Positions 1-9,884 of a DNA stretch of 64,000 nucleotides are shown in pieces. The notes beneath the pieces are model-generated. The model was not told the DNA's origin. It searched no databases and saw only the letters and a program-made list of their open reading frames with translations. The translations under genes were made by a program, and so were the position numbers. Where the stretch lies: positions 64,001 through 128,000 of the forward strand of contig CAWCNY010000006.1 of assembly GCA_963797095.1 (NCBI GenBank), written 5' to 3'. This DNA is from an uncultured Chloroflexia bacterium (lineage in GTDB: Bacteria > Chloroflexota > Chloroflexia > QHBQ01 > JADMIH01). Every line of letters begins with the position of its first letter. Positions within the stretch are counted from its first letter, which is position 1.

Positions 1-1
1 A

Positions 2-1249
2 GACCTTAACGCGGGTACCGGCCTGATCGGCATCCTCTACGCTCTCTTCTATGTGACCGAGTTGACCATGTCGCCCGTGTTTGGCGCGTTAAGCGACCTG
101 CGTGGCAGACGTGCGATCCTGGTACTCGGTCCCTTGGTAGGGGCGCTTGCCGCACCCATCTACCCGATCAGCGCAGTAGCCGGTGTTTCCATCCTGGGCG
201 TTGGTATTCTGGCGCTCGCCCGGCTCATAGAAGGCTTTTCTACCGCTGCCAAAGTCCCAAGCGCCCTCGGCTACCTGGCCGATACCACTTCGGGTGAAGG
301 CAAGCGCCGTGCCGCCCTTCGGGGCCGAGTGATGGGCTTCTACGAGGTCACTTTCCTCGTTGGCCTCGTCTTTGGCCAGATAATCGGCGGCAGACTGTGG
401 GACCACGTGCATGTCTGGGGCTTCTTCCTGGTTTCTATAATCTATCTGATCGCTGTGGCGATGCTCTACTTCTTCGTCCCTGAAACCCTCCCCGCCGAGA
501 CCCGTGCCCACAATATCGAAAGTCGTATGGCCGCCGACGAAAAGGTCCACCCGGTGCGGGCCCTTCTCTCCAGCCGGCTTCGCGCTTATGGGCAACTGCT
601 AAAAGAGCCTGCGTTGCGTAGCTTCGTACCTGCCTGGCTCGCGGTCAACGCTGTGGTCGGCCTATTTGGGAACCTTGCCCAACCGCTCATGATCGAAGCC
701 AGAGATGGTCATGGCAATGGGATACACCACTTCCCCAATCAGATGCTAGACGGCAAGATGACCGCTTCCGAGGCAGGGATGATATTCGGCATATTCGGTT
801 CCGTCTTTATGGTGGGGATCTTCATCTGGAGCCTGCTGTACGCTCGCGTCCGCAAGTCTACGGTCATGCTCATTGGTTCCAGCGGACTCTTCGTAACCTG
901 CCTGGCCCTCTGGGGTATCAATGATCAATTGCTGCCTCTTGCCCACCCCTGGAATGTCTGGTTCTGGATACCACTCCTGGTGATCGGACTCTTTATGGTG
1001 AGCGGATTTACGCCCGTCGCACTGGCCTACCTTGCAGAAATATCGGGCACGCGCGTCGAACACCGAGGCGCTGTAATGGGCCTCTACTCTGTGTTCCTGG
1101 GACTGGGCCAACTGATAGGCAGCGGTGGCGGAGGCTGGTTCGTCGAAGCCCTCCACCAGGGCTTCAACGGCTTGATCCTCGGCACCTTCCTGCTGGCATT
1201 AATTGCATTCGTAACGGTCGCCTGGCTCCGCCGAACCCAGAAGATCTAG
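2..1249 (+). CDS. MFS transporter (5'-partial)
   Basis: Motif A-like 'GALSDLRGRRA' and many hydrophobic helices; the frame is open to the window edge upstream of the GTG at 53. Confidence 0.85.
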   Translation, partial: DLNAGTGLIGILYALFYVTELTMSPVFGALSDLRGRRAILVLGPLVGALAAPIYPISAVAGVSILGVGILALARLIEGFSTAAKVPSALGYLADTTSGEGKRRAALRGRVMGFYEVTFLVGLVFGQIIGGRLWDHVHVWGFFLVSIIYLIAVAMLYFFVPETLPAETRAHNIESRMAADEKVHPVRALLSSRLRAYGQLLKEPALRSFVPAWLAVNAVVGLFGNLAQPLMIEARDGHGNGIHHFPNQMLDGKMTASEAGMIFGIFGSVFMVGIFIWSLLYARVRKSTVMLIGSSGLFVTCLALWGINDQLLPLAHPWNVWFWIPLLVIGLFMVSGFTPVALAYLAEISGTRVEHRGAVMGLYSVFLGLGQLIGSGGGGWFVEALHQGFNGLILGTFLLALIAFVTVAWLRRTQKI

Positions 1250-1272
1250 GGAATGGACGAAAGACGAAAGTT

Positions 1273-1821
1273 CTACCTTCGCGCAATATCGAACCCCACC
1301 CCCGAAGCGTGTTCCTCATAGCGGGCGAGTACGAATAGTAGGGACGACAATCTGTTCAGGTAGCGCAGGACGTTGCCTGGGGGCATCTGCTTTTTGTGGA
1401 CGAGTTCTACCGCATGTCGTTCGGCTCGCCTGACGATGGTGCGGGCCAGGTCAATCGCCGCCGAGGCCGCGCTTGTGCCTGGCAGCACAAATGCCTTGGG
1501 CATCTCGACTAGCCCCTCAAGTTCCCTGATCACGACATCAAGCTTATTGGCTTGCTCCGCCGTAATGCGGTAGGGTATCTTCTCTAGCTGGGGCAGAGGG
1601 GTGGCTACTTCGGCCATCATGAGGTAGAGGTCGTGCTGTACCTCCCGCAAAATTTCTTTGGTCTTATCCAGACCCGACAGGGCACGCGCCAGCCCCAGCG
1701 CGCTTGATGCCTCATCGAGGGTTCCATAAGTCTCCGGTCTGAGGTCGTACTTGGGCACGCGCTCCGGCCCCATAAGGTCGGTGTAGCCTTCGTCTCCTGT
1801 GCCTAGCCTGTCTGCGAACAT
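1273..1821 (-). CDS. pduO: ATP:cob(I)alamin adenosyltransferase, PduO type
   Basis: GTGDEGYT, YGTLDE, ARTIVRRAER and YLNRLSS motifs. Confidence 0.9.
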   Translation of the reverse strand: MFADRLGTGDEGYTDLMGPERVPKYDLRPETYGTLDEASSALGLARALSGLDKTKEILREVQHDLYLMMAEVATPLPQLEKIPYRITAEQANKLDVVIRELEGLVEMPKAFVLPGTSAASAAIDLARTIVRRAERHAVELVHKKQMPPGNVLRYLNRLSSLLFVLARYEEHASGVGFDIARR

Positions 1822-1833
1822 TGCTCTTGCTCC

Positions 1834-3453
1834 CTAAGCTACCCAGTACCAGTTTACGAACCGGATCGTATACAACGCCAGTAGCAAGAGGCTCGCCCAG
1901 GTGATGATCTGGTTGGCATACCGGTTGCGCCCGGTCAAGGCCAGCACTATAAACGCGGGAAAGAGCACGGCCAGGAAGCGGGGGTAGGACAACAGGGGAT
2001 TGTGCGGCGTTGCCGAGAAGAGTGGGAATATGATGCCCGCCCACAAATAGATGCTGTAGCTTGGTCGCAGCCAGCGCACCGCCAGCGCGCCCAACACAAT
2101 CGCCAGCAACAGCGCCCCCAGGTAGGTCCAACTCTGGTCCTCGGGCTGGAATGTAAGCCCTGCCTGCGTAGCGGTGGTCCACGCCTCTGCCAACGTCTGC
2201 CACGGCCACGAGAAATGCCTGTTCCAATCTGCCTGCGCGCTCAGCGGCGCTAGCGGATCGTGAAACACTATCCAGGACCAGATCATAAAGAGCACGAGCG
2301 ACCCCAGGGGTAGTACCAACGAGGCAAGCGCCAGGGGAGAGGGCCTGCGCGGCGGCATCACATTAGGAGAAGTGGGTGGGGGCGGGGTCGGATTGTAGGC
2401 TCGCCAAAGCTCCCATGCCAGGGGGAGAAGGAGGAGCAGACCGGTCGTGCGCGTCCAGACGGCCAGCGCTATGCAGGCCCCTGCCCACCACCACCGTTGT
2501 GACCTCATTGCAAGCAGCGCACCCACAGATAAGAGCAGGAAGAGCGACTCGCTGTAAACGGCCCAGAAGAAGAAGGCCATCGGGAAGGCAGCCAGATAGA
2601 ATACGGTGCGACCGGCGTCCTCGCCATGAAAGTCGAAGCGGACCAACCGGTGTAGCAGCACCAGCGCCCCCAGGAAGAAAGCTGAAGATAGGAGTATTCC
2701 CGCCCAGATGAACCGTTCGCCCGCCAGCCACCCAAAGATGGTAATCGTCCAGGGGTAAAGGGGGAAGAACGCTGAAGAGCCATCGTCCATCCGGTAGCCT
2801 TCGGTGGCTATCTTGAGATACCACTGCCCATCCCAGCGCGTCCACACGCCTGCTACACTATCGACCAGGGGGTTGAGTTGAGGCCCTCCCGGCGTGCCAT
2901 ACCAATTAGCGGTTCCATGAGGGGCGATTGCCGGGATCATCATCGTCGCCAGCAACGCCAGCAGGATCATCCCGGCACGGGCGGCGATCCAGACGCTGAT
3001 GGGTTGGGATGTAAGGAGAGGCAAGGCCCATGCAGGCAGCGCCCGCCTCAGCTCCTGGGTAAATACGCCGGGGCGCACGTGGGGCGCGGTGCCTTGAGCG
3101 GACTGTACGCCTTCTTCTTTGCGGCGCAGGGATGGCGGTCTTGTGGGGGCCTCATGCACATGGGGCGCGGGCGGAGGCCAAGCCACGGCGGGCATTGGCT
3201 TGGTTTCCTGGTGGCCGACGTTTCCCTCACCCTCAGGGCGCACCAGCTCCATCTCCTGAGTATCAGGCTCTGTTTCTTTAGCCTTCTCAGTGTCGGTGGG
3301 CTTATCTATAAGGGGTATTTGCTGTGTGTTACCATCTGCTGCTTCCACACCCGATGGAGCAAATGGCACATGCTCTTTGGCACCTTCTACAGGTGTAAGT
3401 TTGCCTTCATTTTCCGCGCCGCCGGTGCCGACGCCTGTCGTCCTAGTAGCCAT
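1834..3453 (-). CDS. PIG-V-like mannosyltransferase (GT-C fold) with a disordered N-terminus
   Basis: 'RWDGQWYLKIATEGY', 'AFFPLYP' and 'YSESLFL' motifs; multi-TM; ATG 3453 lies 9 nt after a TATACT box. Confidence 0.8.
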   Translation of the reverse strand: MATRTTGVGTGGAENEGKLTPVEGAKEHVPFAPSGVEAADGNTQQIPLIDKPTDTEKAKETEPDTQEMELVRPEGEGNVGHQETKPMPAVAWPPPAPHVHEAPTRPPSLRRKEEGVQSAQGTAPHVRPGVFTQELRRALPAWALPLLTSQPISVWIAARAGMILLALLATMMIPAIAPHGTANWYGTPGGPQLNPLVDSVAGVWTRWDGQWYLKIATEGYRMDDGSSAFFPLYPWTITIFGWLAGERFIWAGILLSSAFFLGALVLLHRLVRFDFHGEDAGRTVFYLAAFPMAFFFWAVYSESLFLLLSVGALLAMRSQRWWWAGACIALAVWTRTTGLLLLLPLAWELWRAYNPTPPPPTSPNVMPPRRPSPLALASLVLPLGSLVLFMIWSWIVFHDPLAPLSAQADWNRHFSWPWQTLAEAWTTATQAGLTFQPEDQSWTYLGALLLAIVLGALAVRWLRPSYSIYLWAGIIFPLFSATPHNPLLSYPRFLAVLFPAFIVLALTGRNRYANQIITWASLLLLALYTIRFVNWYWVA

Positions 3454-3495
3454 CGCGCCACAAGTATACCACAAGGCCCTACGTAATACGACGTA

Positions 3496-6400
3496 TCAGG
3501 GCTGCACCAGGGCCGCCCCGAGGCCGGGTGCGCTCGGCATTTCGTTGGCTGCCCAGGCTCCATTGGGGGGTGGCACGAGGGCCGATGGGGGGATCAGTTC
3601 CATCTCTCCGCCGGGAGGCTGCCACTGTAATTGCAGGGTTGCGTTGTCCCTGCTTGCCTGGAACCTAAGCTCGATCGCGTGCTGCCCTGCTTCCAGGTGT
3701 ACGGTCACTGGCGATTGTGGTGCGGTGCCACCGGTGCCCTCTCCTGCGATTTGGGTGCCATCCAGCCAGAGTGAGATATTGCCGTCACCTGTGGGGCTGA
3801 AGATGTAGTCTCCAGGGGTGGCGATACCAAGGGTGCCTTGCCAGCGGCCAAACGCAAAGGTCCCACTGTGAAGGGCTCTGTTCACGACGTTGAAGGAGAT
3901 GAAAAGATCGCGCCGGATGTTGCTCGGTGGGATGTTCGCCGTGTTTATCTGAGGTTGTGTCAGCCAACCCTCTCCCGCTGTGTTGTAGGCCATTCCTAAG
4001 AGGCAGCCGAGGTCGCCGTTCCACAAGAACCGCTGACCAATAGGCCACATTTGGCCTGATGTCCCCGATGTGCCCCACCTGACGATTATCGGACTTGCAG
4101 CGTTTTGCAGAGTGCCAGACAGGCCCACCGCGTGCGTGCCCCTTGCAAGCACTACCTCCACGCTTGTGGCAGGCCCATTGGCTTGCGTTGCGAGCAGCAC
4201 CTTGCCATCTATCTCAAGCGATGCGCCACCGGGTGCGTCAATTGTGAAGGCATATCTGCCGTACTCAGGTGCGATGATCCCCCCCGACCACTGTACAGGC
4301 GCGGGGTAATTCAACCAGGGAGGAGGCGCGAAGGTCTTATCTACGGCTGAGTCTGCGCTGAGGGTGCCAAGTCTCGGCTCCGCTCGCTCGACCAACTGGT
4401 CGCCCTCTCCATAGTGGGCTATGCTGTGCTGCCTCTCAGCGCGCAGGTCGCCGTCAACCACGTAAGCCGAGATGAATGGCGCTCCATCCTCGCCCGGGAG
4501 CGTCTTGAGCGTACCTCCAGGGTAGAGCCTTTGGAGCATCGAAAGCATCGGCCCGTAGGCGGGATAGGTAAGGAAATGAACGGTCTGATTCAGTGCCACT
4601 TCTACAGGTAGATCTTCGCTAGGGTCGTAATCCTTGTGCTGCACATCCTTCGCAAGAAAGGTGAGTGGGCTTGGGTCGCCCAACCAAGTCGGCAGGTTGT
4701 AGCCATAAGCTACGTTTTGTTGAGGGTCCATGTTTTCGAGGTAACGGCCCGCCAGCGTCAGGTTCATCCATGTGTTGCGGGGCGCGTATTCCAGGAAGTA
4801 GAACGAGGTGGCCTGCCACGCCAGCACTAGCACAAGTGCAATGGCAACCGCGTTCCGGAGCAATCGCGCCCTGCCGGGATTATTCAGAGGCGTGTATCGG
4901 ATGCCGCTTATCCATCGTCCAGCAAGCATCCTATCCGCGAAAACGGCGGGTAGTATCCCCAGCAATGGAACCATGCCTGCCACTCGCTGAAGGGTGGGCG
5001 TGTCGTTGGTGAGCGCCGCACCGGCCAGCCCGGCCAGCAGCCACACAGCCAGACCCGCGTACCGTATGTCGCCCGCGCGAAACAGTATGTAGGCTGTGCC
5101 GAGCACCCATAGGGCCGCCCACGGCACGGGCAATACGGGATTGTCTGTGCGATAGAACGGTCCTCGCTCTTGCCCAATGTCAAAGGCGCTCCAGGTGACC
5201 GCGTATTGCCGCGCTACTATTATGCCCAGGTTATCGGTGGCATATTGCGCCTGGATGCCGGGCAGGTTGCGATCTACCCAGATCGCAACACCGTTGGAAC
5301 GTGCGGTGAGGGCATCCTGCTTTACATTGAGCAGAAATATGCCATGGGGGAGGAATGTGAGACCCGCTGCCAGGCCCATCAGCGCCAGCAGCGGCACAAA
5401 GCGCCATGCACCCTTCAGGCCCCAGCGCACTATCAGGAAGAGGGCGAGCAATATCAGGAACAGCGGCAGGAGCTTGCCCGATGCGTAGCTGTAGAGGCAT
5501 AATCCGCCCGCAATACCGCTCCACACGAAATCGATAGGGAGCTGCCTTTTGATCCCTTTGTAGAGGTAGTAGAAGCAGACTGTCCAGGTGAAGATCAGGA
5601 TGGTGCTTTCGCCCGCCGTGCGGCTGAATTGGATCGCGAAGTCGGAGGCGGCCACGAGTGCGCCCGCGATGAGTCCGACACGCGGAGACCAGGCGAATCT
5701 CCCTAACCTGTAGGTGAACCACACCGTGCCGACTCCAGCCAGCGCATGTATCACCCTCGCCCCAAGGAGGGTGTCACCGAAAAGCTTGAGCGATTGAGCC
5801 TCGGCCCAGAAGTAGAGGTTGGGCACGCCCCACCAGGCCGTCCCGAAGAGCGAAAAGGGAAGGTTTTCGATGGGTTGTCCTACGTTGATGGCTCTTGCCA
5901 CCAGCGCCCTGCCCAACTCGTCGATGTAAGGCCCCGCCGGGACGCTTGCAAGGTCGACGAAGCGCACGAGGACCGCGGCCAACATTATCGCACCCACCAG
6001 CACCCATTCAACGCGAGTTACCGGAGGCTCGGTGGTGGGTTCGTGGGGATCGCTTGGCATCGCCTGTATAGTTTGCCTGGGAGGTACTCCCGCGAAGGTA
6101 AGGGCAAGCAGGCCGAGCATCGCAAGCCAGATGTAGGGAGCGAACGGGTTGGTGAAATCGCCCCGCACCACAAGAGCGAGGGTGGCCCCCAGCGCTATCA
6201 CGATAGCCAGCCCGCCGACTGTGCCCAACCTGCCCAGCCAGTGGCGCAGACTCTGCAATTGCTTTACAAGCGAATTGGGACGTTGTGTCGAGACCACCGG
6301 GGCGGACGGTTTGCCGGCCGCGCGCCGTGTTGGCACTCCTATATAGCCGGACTCAGGGGCAATCGCCGCGTCGGGTGACGGTTGCGCTACTGCCTTTCGT

Positions 6401-6756
6401 CTGCCCCACCTGAGTCGGGGAAATGCGTCGTTTACCCAGGCCACGGGGAGTACGCACACGACCGCCAGCCAGGTGAGGACGGTGCCTGCCTGACCCCACG
6501 CGCCAGGTTCCGGCGAGTTGCGCTCGATCCGCTGGAACCATTCTCCAGCGAGGGCGAGCGCGAAGGCCGCGACACCGAAGATGAGCGCGCGGTTGCGCCG
6601 GATATATGCCAACAGCGCCTTGCTGCGCCTGGCCGTACGCGGTTTTGTACCGACTATGGGCATGTCTACCCCGGCAGCAGTATATGACGTGGGGCCGGTT
6701 GGCGGCGTGGATGTAGCTTCTTCTTGCTGGTACATTGCGGCTCTTTTTGATGGCAA
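3496..6756 (-). CDS. ArnT/PMT-like GT-C glycosyltransferase with C-terminal PA14-like domain(s)
   Basis: 'PAGPYIDE' acidic loop after TM; PA14-like 'RWQGTL..PGDYIF..DGNISLWLDG..LEAGQHAIELRF'; start uncertain (6756 TTG or 6735 ATG). Confidence 0.75.
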   Translation of the reverse strand: MPSKRAAMYQQEEATSTPPTGPTSYTAAGVDMPIVGTKPRTARRSKALLAYIRRNRALIFGVAAFALALAGEWFQRIERNSPEPGAWGQAGTVLTWLAVVCVLPVAWVNDAFPRLRWGRRKAVAQPSPDAAIAPESGYIGVPTRRAAGKPSAPVVSTQRPNSLVKQLQSLRHWLGRLGTVGGLAIVIALGATLALVVRGDFTNPFAPYIWLAMLGLLALTFAGVPPRQTIQAMPSDPHEPTTEPPVTRVEWVLVGAIMLAAVLVRFVDLASVPAGPYIDELGRALVARAINVGQPIENLPFSLFGTAWWGVPNLYFWAEAQSLKLFGDTLLGARVIHALAGVGTVWFTYRLGRFAWSPRVGLIAGALVAASDFAIQFSRTAGESTILIFTWTVCFYYLYKGIKRQLPIDFVWSGIAGGLCLYSYASGKLLPLFLILLALFLIVRWGLKGAWRFVPLLALMGLAAGLTFLPHGIFLLNVKQDALTARSNGVAIWVDRNLPGIQAQYATDNLGIIVARQYAVTWSAFDIGQERGPFYRTDNPVLPVPWAALWVLGTAYILFRAGDIRYAGLAVWLLAGLAGAALTNDTPTLQRVAGMVPLLGILPAVFADRMLAGRWISGIRYTPLNNPGRARLLRNAVAIALVLVLAWQATSFYFLEYAPRNTWMNLTLAGRYLENMDPQQNVAYGYNLPTWLGDPSPLTFLAKDVQHKDYDPSEDLPVEVALNQTVHFLTYPAYGPMLSMLQRLYPGGTLKTLPGEDGAPFISAYVVDGDLRAERQHSIAHYGEGDQLVERAEPRLGTLSADSAVDKTFAPPPWLNYPAPVQWSGGIIAPEYGRYAFTIDAPGGASLEIDGKVLLATQANGPATSVEVVLARGTHAVGLSGTLQNAASPIIVRWGTSGTSGQMWPIGQRFLWNGDLGCLLGMAYNTAGEGWLTQPQINTANIPPSNIRRDLFISFNVVNRALHSGTFAFGRWQGTLGIATPGDYIFSPTGDGNISLWLDGTQIAGEGTGGTAPQSPVTVHLEAGQHAIELRFQASRDNATLQLQWQPPGGEMELIPPSALVPPPNGAWAANEMPSAPGLGAALVQP

Positions 6757-6825
6757 GAATGTTTGATTCTACCACAACTAGACATCGCCCGGCCTCCATG
6801 GTAATATGATATTACGACGAAAGCT

Positions 6826-6879
6826 GAAGGATGAAAGACGAACTAAGTCGATCCTGGCTGCTTTCGTCTTTCATCCTTC
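6826..6879. repeat. Perfect 17-bp inverted repeat built from GACGAAA-type heptamers
   Basis: GAAGGATGAAAGACGAA (6826-6842) and TTCGTCTTTCATCCTTC (6863-6879). Confidence 0.9.
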
Positions 6880-6898
6880 GTCTATGGGAGCACAAGCA

Positions 6899-7684
6899 AT
6901 GGAGCTTGAGGGCAAAGTAGCTCTGGTAACGGGGGCCGGGCGCGGCCTGGGGAGGGCCACCGCCCTGGCACTGGCAGAGCAAGGCGCGAAGGTGGCGGTG
7001 TTGGCGCGCTCATTGCATGAGGTTGAAGATGCGGCGATCCAGATGCGCAGGCAGTATGGCGTAGGATGCTCAATGGCGATTCGCGGAGATGTTTCTCGCG
7101 AGCAGGACGTTATACTGGCCTTTCAGACTGTGCGCAAACGCTGGGGCGGGGTCGATATATTGGTGAACAACGCGGGGGGTATGGGGGCGACTCGTCCCAT
7201 CGTGATCCTCTCATTTCAAGAGTGGCAGCGTACGCTCGACGTGAACCTTAATGGCACATTTCTCTGCACACGGGAGGCCCTAAAGGATATGGTGCCTCAC
7301 CGCTGGGGGCGGATCGTGAACATTTCGTCTGCGGCGGGGGCTATCGCGGTGCCTGGCATGTCGCCCTATGCAGTCGCCAAGGCAGCGGTCGAGCACTTTA
7401 CCAAGCAGGTGGCCGCCGAGGCAGGGCAGTATGGTGTGCTATCTGTTTGCCTGCGCCCAGGGGTGGTTGATACCCGCATGCAGGAAGAGATGCGCAACCG
7501 ACCACCCGATGCAATCCCGCCTGAATTGCGCGCGGCCTTCAACGCCTATAAAGAACGCGGTATGCTGGTGCCCCCGGAGCGCCCGGCGCGAATGGTCGCT
7601 TATCTTTGCAGCGACCGTCTTGATCCGTTTATCAACGGGCGTGCCCTGGATATGGAAGAAGTAGAGGGGATACTGGCGCGCTAG
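6899..7684 (+). CDS. SDR family NAD(P)-dependent oxidoreductase
   Basis: TGAGRGLG, NNAG and YAVAK motifs; GGGAG RBS upstream of ATG 6899. Confidence 0.92.
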   Translation: MELEGKVALVTGAGRGLGRATALALAEQGAKVAVLARSLHEVEDAAIQMRRQYGVGCSMAIRGDVSREQDVILAFQTVRKRWGGVDILVNNAGGMGATRPIVILSFQEWQRTLDVNLNGTFLCTREALKDMVPHRWGRIVNISSAAGAIAVPGMSPYAVAKAAVEHFTKQVAAEAGQYGVLSVCLRPGVVDTRMQEEMRNRPPDAIPPELRAAFNAYKERGMLVPPERPARMVAYLCSDRLDPFINGRALDMEEVEGILAR

Positions 7685-8442
7685 AGAGCGGCACCGGCGC
7701 TTCGCACAAAGTGTGCTGACCTTAGCTCACGCTCCAGAATATAGGTGATGTAGCTTTGCATCACGCCCGCAAGCTCGTTGCTGAGGTCGGGGTCAACACG
7801 TACCCGGCTCACGGCGCTGTAGGGGTTGCGCTGCATCAATCGCATCACCTTGAGCGCATTGACCGATAGATCGCGCCCCGTGCCTACGCGCCTGCACGAT
7901 GCACAGATTACCCCACCCTGCGAGGGACTCCAGCCATTTGTGACGGCCTGTAGTTCGCTGGCGCATTGGACGCACTGCCCCAACTCAGGCGCATAGCCGA
8001 GGTAGCCGAGTAGTTGTAGCTCAAACCAGCGCAACACGCGGTCGGGGTGGGAGTCCTCTGAAATAAGGGCAAACGCTCCCACGGCCAGCTTGTATAAGGG
8101 GTAGTTCTCAAGAGAGTCGGGCGTCATCGCATCGAGTAGCTCGGACGCATAGGATGCATGAGCGATCCGTGATAGATCCTCGTGCAGCGGCCTGTATGCG
8201 TCGACGGTTTCGCTCTGTGTGATGATATCGAGGTTGCGCGCCTTCGCCAGCAGCATAGTGTTGCGGGTGAACAACTCAACGTGCCCGGCCAACCTGCTGG
8301 TTACTTTGCGCACGCCCTTGGCGACCACGCGCAATTTGCCGAAGTTCGGCGTGATGATGGTCAGTATTTTGTCGGCTTCGCCAAGGTCGATCCGCTTGAT
8401 AACGAGAGCCTCAGACTTGTACAAATGTTCGCGTGCGCTCAT
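7681..8442 (-). CDS. recO: DNA repair protein RecO
   Basis: 'DLGEADKILT', 'AKGVRK..SRLAG' and a CxxC...CxxC zinc finger. Confidence 0.95.
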   Translation of the reverse strand: MSAREHLYKSEALVIKRIDLGEADKILTIITPNFGKLRVVAKGVRKVTSRLAGHVELFTRNTMLLAKARNLDIITQSETVDAYRPLHEDLSRIAHASYASELLDAMTPDSLENYPLYKLAVGAFALISEDSHPDRVLRWFELQLLGYLGYAPELGQCVQCASELQAVTNGWSPSQGGVICASCRRVGTGRDLSVNALKVMRLMQRNPYSAVSRVRVDPDLSNELAGVMQSYITYILERELRSAHFVRSAGAAL

Positions 8443-8535
8443 AGCTAATTATACCAGGATGGCGATGGTGGTCGGTGGTCAGAACCAAGGATCAAGGGCC
8501 AAAAACTACCGACTACTGACTACCGACCACCCTCC

Positions 8536-8925
8536 TTATTGTTCGGTATTGTCGTGTACGCCGTTGGTGCTAGGCTCCGATCTTTCGGCTGTGGGGCGTA
8601 CATACGTTTGGGCGCGCTCTGCTCCCTGCTCTACCATCTCGCGGGCTTTGTCGAGGCCCTGCACCACTGCCTTGCGGCTCCTATCGAGCGCATCTTCGAT
8701 CTCTGGCCTGCGCTCGTCGAGGGCACGCGCTGCCTGCGCAGAAAGCTCGTCCACGCGCTTGCCGAGGTCATCCAACCTACTTTGCACTTCCTCACGCATC
8801 TGGCGAGTCCTCTCGGTGTTCAAGGCGGCGGCTGCGATGCCCACCGCCAGCGCCCCAAGCGCCATGGCGACGCCGAATCCTTTGCTGAACAAATCTTCGA
8901 ATGATGTTTTCCTGTCTTCTGCCAT
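8536..8925 (-). CDS. YtxH-like hypothetical protein (one TM plus coiled coil)
   Basis: Hydrophobic N-terminal segment then an amphipathic helical region; AGGAG RBS. Confidence 0.6.
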   Translation of the reverse strand: MAEDRKTSFEDLFSKGFGVAMALGALAVGIAAAALNTERTRQMREEVQSRLDDLGKRVDELSAQAARALDERRPEIEDALDRSRKAVVQGLDKAREMVEQGAERAQTYVRPTAERSEPSTNGVHDNTEQ

Positions 8926-8993
8926 TTTGGGTCTCCTGTCTTTTGACGAGTGAAACGTGATACGTGATACGCAATCTGGTGCGTATTGCCTAT

Positions 8994-9049
8994 TTACTCG
9001 TTACTCGTTACTCGTTACTCGTCACTCGTCACTCGTCACTCGTCACTCG
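8994..9049. repeat. Heptamer tandem repeat (TTACTCG)x4 + (TCACTCG)x4
   Basis: Read directly; contains the punA stop codon. Confidence 0.95.
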
Positions 9050-9884
9050 TTATCCTCTGAACAATCTCTTTTATCAGTTGCACAAACCTGGGCCTTGATT
9101 CTTCTGCTACTACCAGCACTTCTTCGTGGTTTACGGGTTCATTGCTGTCGGCCAGGGCCATATTGGTGATGTTTGAGATGCCCAGCACTTTCATGCCACC
9201 GTGCCGTGCCACAAGCACTTCCGGCACCGTGGACATCCCCACCGCATCGCCCCCTAACATCCTTAGAGCACGCAACTCGGCGCGCGTTTCATAGTTGGGG
9301 CCGGCCAGCACTATGTATACGCCCTTTTGCACCGGAATGTTACAGGCATCCGCTGCCTCCTGGGCCAGCTTGAGCAGGACCGGATCGTACGCCGGATTCA
9401 TGGCGGGGAAGCGCGGCCCGAACTCCTCGTCGTTGGGGCCGATCAGCGGGTTCTGGCCTCCCCAGCCAAGCATGTTGATGTGGTCCTCGATCAGCATGAA
9501 GTCGCCTGCCTTGAAAGCCGGATTAAGCCCGCCCGCTGCATTGGTCACGATGAGCGTCTCTACGCCCAGCGCTTTCATCACCCTTACGGGGAAGGTGGCC
9601 GTTTGCAGGGTGTGGCCCTCATAGTAGTGCAGCCTGCCTTGCATTACAAGCACTCGCGTGCCGGCCAGGGTGCCAAGCACCATCCTGCCCGCGTGTCCGA
9701 TCACCGTTGAGGCGGCAAACCCAGGTATCTCGCTGTAGGGTATTGTGGCGACCGCCTCAATCTCGTCGGCCAGTGCGCCCAAACCTGAACCGAGGATTAT
9801 CCCCACCAGGGAGGTCCACCCTTCGGGGAGCCGCTCCCGGATCGTCTTTTTCGCAAGCCCGATCTTGTCGCCCAACTTACTCAT
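9036..9884 (-). CDS. punA: Purine-nucleoside phosphorylase (trimeric type)
   Basis: 'IILGSGLG', 'QGRLHYYEG', 'TNAAGG', 'GPNYET' and 'VGMSTVPE'; start MSKLG overlaps the upstream stop. Confidence 0.95.
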   Translation of the reverse strand: MSKLGDKIGLAKKTIRERLPEGWTSLVGIILGSGLGALADEIEAVATIPYSEIPGFAASTVIGHAGRMVLGTLAGTRVLVMQGRLHYYEGHTLQTATFPVRVMKALGVETLIVTNAAGGLNPAFKAGDFMLIEDHINMLGWGGQNPLIGPNDEEFGPRFPAMNPAYDPVLLKLAQEAADACNIPVQKGVYIVLAGPNYETRAELRALRMLGGDAVGMSTVPEVLVARHGGMKVLGISNITNMALADSNEPVNHEEVLVVAEESRPRFVQLIKEIVQRITSDE

